44,521 nt of DNA. Source: Christensenella sp. UBA3770. Its GTDB lineage: Bacteria; Bacillota; Clostridia; Christensenellales; CAG-1252. A program made the position numbers and the translations under genes. A model generated the notes under the pieces. It did not search any database, was not told where the DNA came from, and worked only from the letters and a program-made list of their open reading frames with translations. The stretch spans positions 1 through 44,521 of the forward strand of contig DFFS01000090.1 of assembly GCA_002371075.1 (NCBI GenBank). Reading direction: 5' to 3'. Positions 15,001 through 19,515 of this stretch are shown piece by piece (the first letter of the stretch is position 1; every line of letters starts with the position of its first letter).

Positions 15001-15318
15001 AATGAGAACGGCGCGTTCTGCGGCGGAAGCGCAGGGTGCAGCCTGCATGAAGACCATAAGCACGGCACCATCATCTTGCCTTTGTACAAGTCTTACCTGG
15101 TAAAGATTACGGGTGTATATGCGGACGAGAACAAGTTGCTTGACGGTGATGCTACGACGGAGCTTACAAGCGTTGATTACGTCTACGGTTACACGTACGT
15201 CTACGTTGACGCAAATGGCGACTATAAGACAGCGACACTTGCTGACCTTTCAGGTGATAAACCTGCGTACGTACACGGAACGGCAATCGGTTCGGCAGCT
15301 GCCGTGATCGGATTATAA
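1..15318 (+). CDS. Giant BspA-type leucine-rich repeat (LRR_5/TpLRR) surface protein, 5'-truncated by the window edge (>5,100 aa)
   Basis: Frame +1 is open from base 1 (DECYIVKDGVIVIG...), so the GTG at 28 is not the true start. Dozens of LxxIxLPxxVxxIGxxAFxxCxx repeats occur in blocks separated by cap modules (F.Y...I.G...IP..I.G..V..I...AF). TAA at 15316-15318. Confidence 0.93.
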   Translation, partial: DECYIVKDGVIVIGSGAFGGAKYLKSVVLPASVSSISQNAFYGAEQIIDIQVNGPISSVDTGAFGATNEKLVVTGLSEGALEIFCTENGVRFMEITPATCFSYTTDGMTAGTAKITGLQPHTCTHHVNVVVPMYIAGLRVTAIGDRAFAHQQKIQSIVIPQTVMNVGVAAFAGCKNLTSVYLGDSVSYISSKTFTSTESLTEIFITSPEFKVSNDAFYNAGYEDLTVYLDDNDSLNEVKEIILESGARTATIEDIVCLRYSVVNGNEIKIAGIASHVCPNGHNGIVIPGTIDGKTVTAIADGAFAGNNTVVKIYLPETIRKIGDSAFKGASKLYDIAFYHYEGTKFVETDSNAYFAMDGGALYSSDFKTLYAYMTARSEVEMNVNRNTRYVKSNAFFNATNLLSITFLEDLYESGIAIAALTGVNQNLIVYTPSTTSKVYLALSAGSPANYQLKAATEATGFAYQYLDDEDNTVAILGLTAAFKLSHLFDASDTLVIPQFINGRRVSTIAKNAFAGLEFGAVVFPDGLIRIGEMAFANCVNLSNVIFPSSLETVEKMAFSGCSNMFEAYFLGAATSLGESIFNNTMSVALGAKRNFTAFGPTTTYMTEYFEENGVDYNTCASVLCFNYEVQQGNFIYIDSIKDHVCNSNHKVIHVPDKIDGKSVIGINAAKMFVGLSTVESVTLPDDMERIEDGLFKNCSSLVSVNVPSGLNYIGANAFENCVSLEKIVFPSSLTRIGNYAFKNCHGLTDVVVPTDCQSLGEGAFYGCSGLERIMLPRQITTINDYLFNECSRLNTLSYVDATGVVNYGLSKDVVSIGKYSFYGCSSLQNVFVGVYGSLTSLGEKAFAYSALSEFELSKKITTLGDGVFAGCTSLDIKDGGNATYSLDDSGGIIYLSETIKAVAESGSEQNDTTFSITNGALNYFFGEVSIDAYGSVVAHSDNVTGKGDSDGNHGNRLNIPETHGEWDPYTSAWVSYSYSSSNGKSGTLSGSTIKTHFDLGVGPYAAWKDTGKEYYGALGGGDYTIIFTVTIAHKQKYDDGWLTKSKTYYYDYSYVITFTVNDITSVWYYNVPSDEGGEDISATVNAIVTNADSSAPQGAIALGAKYGAGDYFTNGDDPLFDFDYITDDGEVTINIKDAPVFAAMSGYLIVHFEVSGLPSTTKSFELSKVAKTEFTQYTTIHTVLASMTGKMVLECDDELSVVIKNEEDCVLGAAIDKGEENANLLTYQSAYVKVMSGTTQLFTNTYAAARSSNILNLPDAAVAGKFQVEYNLSAIKKLTGAGASATVTFYSDDTYETAFSTVVFNIARPSVNNGYFVKVTATYNNVTIYGEKKDKTYVFKNNDLAAAIAEANLPGPLLAIRSVTEFALEGCSELDSLSIGEGVDTIGAGALINTQGIAEIGVNEQNDYFVLYKIDPNDPTYAYSGGGLYKKLAGNKLALIAFLGSNTVTEFTLPDNCTEIGDYAFSHNTTIQKVDLNNVTKIGKKAFYGCTALKYMTLPAGGAASGYKYGDRAFEGAGIESVYFDGDFQYVGQLGEMMFGENYDVTVYAKYDSGRIAEYFADYYGHTIRVVKTTDISFFAYETINGNEIKIKKYVGSDKEVIVPDMIENKKVTVIGDAAFEGTSVVTVKLPSYITLIGDYAFSDATSLAELYVNSDPTIKQNLFNNHNSSLIVYGITASELDDYCESIGVTFNLGTTWGCFTYSEDSTVTITGLNQHECNSSHKHLIIPNYINGKLVTEIAADAFNAIKKDVSVRDEYRAIESVTIPASVTTIGAGAFANNPSLKVLRFQNTTMESIGASYYDETNDCQCNTFGDNTALVVYASEMDSTIVKMFCQNEGIEYHAVATLDDIEYEEINGSYVVTGISITGSGNVILPDMIYGKKITEIAKFAFQSKEYASVTLGKYVTKIGEHAFDSCTNLKVVSLPDGLKTIGELAFNECTALTALFIPSSVNEIGDMAFAGCTALRTLRFLGDVKTIGNNVLMGITMTYGSTSANAPKSVSFLQVRKDATNLYNYFWTKCNVRATRVEDISVYRRWEECYEYNVLMDEYDELYVEIIGLKDHICANGGHGDIYIPESIGGIVVRSVADKAFAGVTTIRSASFESTGLGGLVTLGNRAFSGCSLLGEVDLGPVQIIGDGAFENCALLSKITTKGSSISAISDNGSLGMAGVFAGCVNLKEIAGLTGLKGLLASNGVIYRSTGAAWEAKYVYDLTGEVLNLDKATSIDSNAFNSVDTSAVKIINIPETLSSMPYAMLTRFTNLEEVNVAGADGTFNLTGTGSLGTGVTVYIPSGKSTNIGSYVEINNPAHFDYTAVKEGETIVGVEIKANDDFNATTLTLPHYGYVDGVCYPVIGIADNGFEGKAIETINALHVSYIGKEAFKNCTSLVTARLYEGKVDVLEEIKEDAFSGCTELKYVYLGKSLTVIDGNPFGSCRIDKKAGAVFAIDPDNTRYTSKVDGVNVNMILSKDAVTLYASYATGDVVVPDGVVKILSGAFKGKDITSITIPTSVRMIAKDAIVNCSDLTSLTILSENLTVGEFQKGSGGAGIVTRSQCASSFTVFAVEGTIVEDYANWNNIPFRAVVSTNAITFAGGVITKVNTDMLGKVLIVPTNYYEGTALVPVTKIAANAFYGAKQVDEIYLSYHLAEIGSAAFAGMTSLKKVIFMDDGPAAFSSLIIGKNAFAYSYSLSEVHFESYTTNMTVDSTAFRASGSNLTVYAPNLSNELTKLRALQGVVATCEVSYSRCLATQDLNANETILTGVNPVYALDTSVNGTTYKKNTYYYKDAGVYVLSESDTYDSGKLYYKQVGLTNKLLIPEYINGRKVVGVNIGTPSSLTGFTGLFLPDTITYIAAGSFSDTNVTEVVIPDGVQTIDDGAFCAKYADLHVYYDGDAIDANVFANANYTVYLHTGATVTHLSDGVEKVAVSPASYFTYEVVRGREVVITGLTNAGKSEKEIVLPTYLKGRKVTKIGDGAFAHNSTLEKLTISKYVSEIGNNVFVGTFENVKNAATEFLLFETGNESFEISQPGPEQAKEDILILRDAGPEDAYTTIYAVFSVLETPDGEDSVVFTFSVADSVTEIKEGAFAGAYSLRKIYGNAYFRGESDNTALVKVGDGEGANSVLITVLRTCSKFEIATSDVYRVGAYAFYGCTLSKIISIPETVSELGEGAFENSKALSTISLPGGISYLPARLFYGCSSLTGVSIPNGVNSIGAFAFGKSALKSIDFTALDLLTTIGDSAFAYCEELTSISFVGTNVTAIGKDAFRGCSKLGSIDLFTVKDEETNAMSSALAEIGAGAFAGTAITEIILPDNVMAISDSLFEDATLLRSVIAKGTVTSVGKYAFKGATSLTAIPETILPTLTFIGEGAFMESGLQEVSLPQGVTEIAPATFKDCKYLTSVTLTSSLKKIGNSAFEGCDGRIGLNEYTYVAVSGGKVTLVDDTDAEDVKTVSVKTTTVSGNVYSTVVNGHKIRAVGDKIVVDNRFSGTAYEDEVTGEIYRVAIVDDLKIDLRKIGGEYVLRIMLDDGGRMNGVKLSKSFGITKINLGIRVSEIGKRAFANTAIESVNLTDSVVTVGDEAFAYNDSLQSVLIGMRLETIGSGVFRGTPNLSGVDVNKKNTHFKSDDDKVLYMYDETQNGWILKLYPAGRVPAGDLAFVIPAEVVGVDEGAFDGCKLESVIVQDGVKSIAKGAFNNAGSLKTVFFDADLAISADVFNKYNEETQEEERISVELDVPMYGTLATFCEEYFSTGNVTYKLHTPKSCFKYETNETTVKITGIKGDCTHSHEVLVVPDYIDGRRVTKIGDLAFANAGIVNLKLPRLLDEIGDGAFYGNELATITMDGTVTEDAGEEKTSNGTFEIEKIYYEEELQYTTLTNVQSDVLIAYIGGVSVDYTLPDDVHTVGYGAFYKANVTEVDLTSAYRIETAAFFESELSSAEGLENVTWIGDSAFENTAVTTFTFGADLAHVGSAAFAGTNVTSITFGDVTDNGFYRYENNLLYEYGDGKMTNSMTLHTVFNAYVEDATNAGDFLTVPDSFTVEGDGEPVEYVLAIIGAYAFKSLDVSGHNGIVIIPSVARNLTLAEGAFLNDTIDEVHFESRVDAEADEDKFYFDEDAFVYYPQGSDLTASLVASHHGKYLAFTPKESLDYVSEENDTVVRVKGAKGVVNDLVIPVYIDAKLVTAVGNDKGASGFSSGRIVNLVVTDRVTSLAANAFNGCTTLRDAKLGEGITVIPDGLFEGCTLLKTVTMSSEVTTIGAAAFKSTILTAIPVVVNGGTANVIEIGDSAFEGVRSLTEIKFWGTPTGKLTVGNNAFKDCNNSAITMIDVPAWVKLGTGVFYSKSNSLSYLLFEGDQWETSTNVTALALDALDDMTKCFINLSSPYFTKVSVSMSATRLRKYFTILGNYKKVTLTSETYQANKYYVYNATSKDLEQEGVSAEFDADKTYYENVENATIMGKWSCFTPDECFEWAEESGTGNVIVKGLKASVLNGSDATLKGYITDAQYGNGALLIPEYYEGKPVRIIGNNLQFGANDFITKVVIPDSVTKIAANAFYGFNAANITVVFGDNTQITEIDTHAFKEVDVKQIVIKGKNPLTIGEEAFIGTSLTTLTISNANTIGTKAFYGIGIKTVDLIFTGDNATIGEYAFAFASNGNTIAGAALAVKGTISEIKAHAFENNDVGVWAFDAKATTIGDYAFSYAKVTAVPVNVETIGDYAYLGASIRKNGVGNVVVTDVVSVGKGAFSGSDITGFCFGSELATFYSDNADNEGSLHDTKDLVAITYGDKDVSNPWFGVKKNVMYTKDEENNRYVAIKFAEKANGEVGDFSILTEIGYGAFRGSLFTKGKFDVVAIGDYAFAGCTSLVSVNNTKSGGAMFGSGLNAIGKGAFEGCTAIKKIELQGLTSLTIGEDAFKTCSALVEVYLSASQIAIGSNAFAVDNPVTTESVEKISLATLDSANITIADGYTFTATVIFVPKYSTEQATAINSKLTADHKIFYTPTECLSVNENGAFCGGSAGCSLHEDHKHGTIILPLYKSYLVKITGVYADENKLLDGDATTELTSVDYVYGYTYVYVDANGDYKTATLADLSGDKPAYVHGTAIGSAAAVIGL

Positions 15319-15330
15319 GAGGAGGAACAG

Positions 15331-16518
15331 ATGCAAAAGTACAGTTATCAAGCATTGACCCCGGATGGCAAAACCATTCGGGGCACAATGATCGCCAACA
15401 ATGACGAGGAATTGCGTCAGCTTGTGGGCAAGGCGGGCAACACCGTCGTTAAGTTTACAAAGTTGGCGTCCGACACGGAGGGGAGCAAAGCATTGCCCTT
15501 AAAAGATGTCGGCAATTTCTGCAGTCAGCTGGGCGCGATCTTAAAAGCAGGCCTCCCGTTGGCTTCCGCTTTGGACATGCTCTACGGCAAAACCGAAAGC
15601 GGCGTCTTGAAAAAGTCCATCGGAAAGATCTACGAGATGGTGCAAAAAGGTAATTCGCTGTCCGATGCGTTGGCGGCGCAGGGTAAGGCTTATCCGGCGC
15701 TGATGCTCAACATGGTCAAGGCGGGCGAAATGAGCGGTGATTTGGACGTCACGCTCAACAAGCTTTCCGATCACTTTGCAAAGGAGCAAAAAACCGCAAA
15801 CGCCGTCAAAGCCGCGCTCCGTTACCCCAAGATGCTGGCGATCATCACGCTCGCCGTCGTTATCTTGATGGTTTCGGTGGTGTTGCCGAAGTTGACCTCC
15901 ACGATGCCGGCGGAAAACCTCCCGGGGCTGACAAAAGCGCTCCTTGGGTTATCCGATTTTATCTTGGATAACTTTATCTTCATTTTGATCGGCGTGGTCT
16001 TCTTGATCATCGTTATCCCGATGATCAAAAGCATCGAAAAGGTACGATATACGCTGGACAAATGGAAGGTTACGATGCCCAAGATCGGAAAACTGATGAA
16101 GATGGTCTACACGGCACGTTTCGCGCGTTCCTTGGCAACCCTTTATGAGGGCGGCATTCAGCTGATCGACGCGATGCAGATGTGTACCGCGATCGTGGAC
16201 AACGTTTATATTTCGGAAAAGATGGAGGACGCGATCTACCGCGTCAAAAAGGGTGAAAGCATCTCCAAAGCCATGGCGAGCATCGACGTGTTTGATCCGA
16301 TGCTTACCAGCATGATCTTCGTCGGTGAAGAATCGGGCGTTTTGGGTGACGTTTTGATCCGTGTTGCGGATTATTTCGATGAAGAATCGGATAACGCGAC
16401 CAAGGCGTTGACCTCGCTTCTTGAGCCCATCATGCTCATCGTGATGGCGGGTGTCATCGTTCTCATAATTTTGTCAATATTGTTGCCGATGTTCTCCTCG
16501 TACGACAGCATCGGTTAA
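15331..16518 (+). CDS. pilC: Type IV pilus platform protein PilC / T2SS GspF family
   Basis: N-terminal Y.Y.A...G....G motif; QLGAILKAGLPL; MVKAGEMSGDL and IFVGEESGVL duplicated T2SSF motifs; ALRYP; LLEP..., three hydrophobic segments; RBS GAGGAGG at 15319-15325. Confidence 0.95.
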   Translation: MQKYSYQALTPDGKTIRGTMIANNDEELRQLVGKAGNTVVKFTKLASDTEGSKALPLKDVGNFCSQLGAILKAGLPLASALDMLYGKTESGVLKKSIGKIYEMVQKGNSLSDALAAQGKAYPALMLNMVKAGEMSGDLDVTLNKLSDHFAKEQKTANAVKAALRYPKMLAIITLAVVILMVSVVLPKLTSTMPAENLPGLTKALLGLSDFILDNFIFILIGVVFLIIVIPMIKSIEKVRYTLDKWKVTMPKIGKLMKMVYTARFARSLATLYEGGIQLIDAMQMCTAIVDNVYISEKMEDAIYRVKKGESISKAMASIDVFDPMLTSMIFVGEESGVLGDVLIRVADYFDEESDNATKALTSLLEPIMLIVMAGVIVLIILSILLPMFSSYDSIG

Positions 16519-16532
16519 ACGGAGGGATAGAT

Positions 16533-17441
16533 ATGCTTTGTGTAAATTTAGGTGACGATAAGATCAAAATCGTTGACGGCAAAATGAGCGGCGGCAAAGT
16601 CGTCGTAAATAAGTGCTATGAGATCGAGACCAAGGTGGGTTCGATGGAGAGCGGCAACATCAAAGATCTGATGGCGTTCTCTCAGGTCCTGCAGGAGTGC
16701 ATCAACTCGGGCGGGATCAAAAACACCGATCTTACTTACGTTTTGGACAATCCGCGCGTGATCTTCCGTGAGATGGTCGTGCCCGACGTTTCGCAGGACA
16801 AAGTTAAGCTCATCGTCGGAAACGAAATTTTCAGCGACAGCAAGATGGCGAACAACACGCTTGATTATATCGTTGAAAACACCTTTAAAAACGAAGAGGG
16901 CAAAAAGAGGGCGAGGATCACGGTGACTTACGTCTCCAACGATGCGATCGACAGCTTGCACACCGCAGCAACGGAGCTTGGCATGCGTCCTACGGTTTTG
17001 GACGTTGCGCCAAATTCCATCAGCAAGCTTGTGGAAAAGTTCTGCAAGTCCAACCGCGGCGTTTTGGAAGATACGTTCGTTTTGCTGGATTACAAGGACA
17101 GCTTCATCTCCCTCTATATCTTTGACAACGGGCAGCGCAAGTTCTCCAAGAACAGCACGCTGTACGTCGGCAATACCACGGACAACAATTATTTGCTTGG
17201 GGAGTTGACCAGCAACATCAACAGCGTTATCAGGTTCTACGAGTCGCGTTCCGGCGTAAACGTCACGGCGATCTACATCACCGGCAACGTGGAGGCGCTC
17301 AGCGACGATCTGTTGCAAGGTCTTGCGGAGTCCATGAATATGATGATCTCACACTTCCCGATCCCCAACTTCGTTAAGGGCGTGGATATCTATGATTTCA
17401 ACAAGTACAGCGGCGTTATCGGCGCGTTTTTAAGGAGGTAA
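16533..17441 (+). CDS. pilM: Type IV pilus assembly protein PilM (actin-like)
   Basis: LCVNLGDDKIKIV start, VIFREMVVP, LDYIV, LGMRPTVLDVAPNSI, IRFYESR...IYITGN, GVIGAFLRR end; lies directly after pilC; RBS GGAGGG. Confidence 0.85.
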   Translation: MLCVNLGDDKIKIVDGKMSGGKVVVNKCYEIETKVGSMESGNIKDLMAFSQVLQECINSGGIKNTDLTYVLDNPRVIFREMVVPDVSQDKVKLIVGNEIFSDSKMANNTLDYIVENTFKNEEGKKRARITVTYVSNDAIDSLHTAATELGMRPTVLDVAPNSISKLVEKFCKSNRGVLEDTFVLLDYKDSFISLYIFDNGQRKFSKNSTLYVGNTTDNNYLLGELTSNINSVIRFYESRSGVNVTAIYITGNVEALSDDLLQGLAESMNMMISHFPIPNFVKGVDIYDFNKYSGVIGAFLRR

Positions 17442-17444
17442 ACG

Positions 17445-18572
17445 ATGGCTAAGAGAGATATAAACCTTTTCAGAGCCGCCGGCGGCGAGAGGGCAAAAGC
17501 GAGCAAAAGCTCGCCGGTGTCCATTATGCTGGTCATCGGACTCATTGTGATCGTGATCGCGCTTGGCGTGGCGGTCTTCTTTAACATGCAGGTCAACTCC
17601 GCAAAAACGGATTATGAGAAGAAACTCAAGATCCAAAGCAATTACGAGCGGACGTTGAATTCCGCAACGATCAAGGAACTTTCCAAGGAATACAACACGG
17701 TCAAGGATGATATCGAATCCGCCGCGGCGATCAACGAATTCGTCGAAACCCGTTCCGCACTCTATCCCGCGGCAACGGACAGTGAGATCGCCACGATCAA
17801 AGCCACCATCTTGGATAACCCCGTCGGCGAAACGTATTCGTTGAACGAGCCCATGGATGAGGAGGAGGAAGACAGCATTTTCGTCCCGCGCGATTACGAG
17901 GGACTGCGCAGTTCCTTCTACGACGACAACGCGGAGGAATTCAGTGACAAAGAGCTTTTCTACTACGCGTTGCAAAACTTGGCGAAAAAGCAGGAAGAAT
18001 CCGATGAAAACGTTTGGTATGCTTATTACAGATGCTACTTTGTGGCGGTATTTACGGGCGGCGACGGCTTGGGGATCCCGCGCTTGATCAGCGCGCTCGC
18101 AACCCCCTCCGAGGCGATCAATTATCAATCGCCTTTCTGTAGATATCAAATGGACAACGACGTCTTTGACGACGGCTATTACGTCCCCGCCAAGTTCCAA
18201 ACCGTTTCGTACGGCGAAGAGAATTACAACATTCTGCTCCTGCCCTTAAAGACGGTGGTGGAACGCGCGTATGACATCTTGGCGGCACACGCAAACGCTC
18301 TTGTGGAGGCAAACGGTTGGCAAGGGCAAACCGAGCTTGCCGAGTTTGGTATGGACACCATTGAGTTTACCAACGATTCTTTGCGTTTTACGTTGGTCTT
18401 ACCCAAGGATGCTTCTTTCTCGGACGTCTTGGATGAGTTTGACGCGTCATATTTCTTTGACGTTGACAAATCGGTTACCCGCCCGAACGGTGAAAACACC
18501 GAAAGCGGCGTTGCGTACCCGATCGTGTTGAAGTACAAAAACAGACCGGTCTTCAACGATGAGGAAGATTGA
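17445..18572 (+). CDS. pilN: PilN-like alignment-complex protein (enlarged)
   Basis: N-terminal RDINLF (PilM-binding INLL-type motif), single TM helix, coiled coil, C-terminal ferredoxin-like pattern; follows pilM with a 3-nt gap. Confidence 0.72.
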   Translation: MAKRDINLFRAAGGERAKASKSSPVSIMLVIGLIVIVIALGVAVFFNMQVNSAKTDYEKKLKIQSNYERTLNSATIKELSKEYNTVKDDIESAAAINEFVETRSALYPAATDSEIATIKATILDNPVGETYSLNEPMDEEEEDSIFVPRDYEGLRSSFYDDNAEEFSDKELFYYALQNLAKKQEESDENVWYAYYRCYFVAVFTGGDGLGIPRLISALATPSEAINYQSPFCRYQMDNDVFDDGYYVPAKFQTVSYGEENYNILLLPLKTVVERAYDILAAHANALVEANGWQGQTELAEFGMDTIEFTNDSLRFTLVLPKDASFSDVLDEFDASYFFDVDKSVTRPNGENTESGVAYPIVLKYKNRPVFNDEED

Positions 18573-18587
18573 TAGGAGGGCGAGAAA

Positions 18588-19361
18588 ATGAAAATTACGG
18601 AAAGAGATAAAGTACTTTTGGTTTTATTGGGTGTTATCCTTATCGTCGCTCTTGCCATCGTTCTTCCCGGCGTCGGCGTAATGGGTTGCAGGGAAAAGAT
18701 CGCAACGTACAAGACGGATACGGAAGAGCTTGAAAAGGATCTTACCGGAAAGCTGGATCAGATCCACGCGATGGGCGTTGAAACCGCAAATGCAGAGAGC
18801 GTTTCCAAAGCGCAAGCCGGGCTGGAAGACAAGATCTTTGACATGAAGATGGAAGCGGCGCACCTTGCGGGCAACGTGATGGCGTACGCCAAGCCGTACG
18901 CGGTCGACGAAGGCTGGATCGACGGGTTGGAGTACCGTTACGGCGTCAAATCCGACGAGGGTGAAAAGATCGTCGATTACAGCTATATCGAAAACGTTGA
19001 AGTAAAGGAAAACGAGACGGATGAAAACTTCTCCATCGACAACGTAAACTATTCGCTCCCCAGCGCAAAGAGAGAGATCAAGTACACGATCTCCCCCACG
19101 GCAAACTGCGCGTATAACGTTGAAATGACGTTGGAGGGCTATTCTGCCGAGAATTTGGGTGCCGTGCTCCTTTTCCTGCACAATATCGCCTCCAAGGGGT
19201 CGATGCTGATCACCGAAGTTAAGTGTTACACAAAGGATGAGGGCGAAAAGTCCGTTGCGTTTACGCTTTTGATGCCGCCCGAGGGCAGCGGTATTCAGCA
19301 GTACGCACAGCAGATCAAGGAGATCCTTGAGGCAAGAGAGAGCGAAGAAGAGGAAGAATGA
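18588..19361 (+). CDS. PilO/GspM-like alignment-complex protein
   Basis: MKITERDKVLL..L N-terminus typical of PilO/GspM, TM helix, coiled coil, VEMTLEGYSAENLGAVLLFLHNI ferredoxin-like segment; position after pilN; RBS AGGAGG. Confidence 0.68.
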   Translation: MKITERDKVLLVLLGVILIVALAIVLPGVGVMGCREKIATYKTDTEELEKDLTGKLDQIHAMGVETANAESVSKAQAGLEDKIFDMKMEAAHLAGNVMAYAKPYAVDEGWIDGLEYRYGVKSDEGEKIVDYSYIENVEVKENETDENFSIDNVNYSLPSAKREIKYTISPTANCAYNVEMTLEGYSAENLGAVLLFLHNIASKGSMLITEVKCYTKDEGEKSVAFTLLMPPEGSGIQQYAQQIKEILEARESEEEEE

Positions 19362-19364
19362 CGG

Positions 19365-19410
19365 TTTTGCGCTTTCTCGGAAGGTGCGTTTCTTTCGAGA
19401 AAACGCGAAA
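19365..19410 (+). terminator. Long RNA hairpin directly after the pilO-like stop (terminator, processing or stabilising stem)
   Basis: 19365-19384 pairs with 19391-19410 over 20 positions with one mismatch and three G-U pairs; loop TGCGTT; no U-tract follows. Confidence 0.55.
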
Positions 19411-19428
19411 ATGGGCAGGTAGAATTAT

Positions 19429-19450
19429 TTTTCAATTAAATTATTGAAAA
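19429..19450. promoter_or_regulatory. Palindromic candidate operator TTTTCAAT-N6-ATTGAAAA
   Basis: Perfect 8-bp inverted repeat in the AT-rich intergenic region upstream of the giant minor pilin. Confidence 0.45.
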
Positions 19451-19478
19451 GTTTTGTTAGTAATAAAGGGTTTTCGCT

Positions 19479-19500
19479 TAATCATTATTTATAATGATTA
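19479..19500 (+). promoter_or_regulatory. -10 box TATAAT (19490-19495) embedded in palindrome TAATCATTAT-TT-ATAATGATTA
   Basis: Perfect 10-bp arms; consensus -10 just upstream of RBS GGAGGTG (19503-19509); no -35 consensus at 17-bp spacing. Confidence 0.5.
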
Positions 19501-19515
19501 TGGGAGGTGGCTCAA

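Noticed and set aside
19479-19500. Fur box
   Set aside because: The half-sites are in reverse order relative to GATAATGATAATCATTATC; kept only as an unassigned palindrome.
19362-19515. Possible c-di-GMP riboswitch ahead of pilin genes (as in C. difficile)
   Set aside because: No class I or II aptamer motifs recognisable here or at 30212-30331 or 32619-32698; the UTRs are too short.
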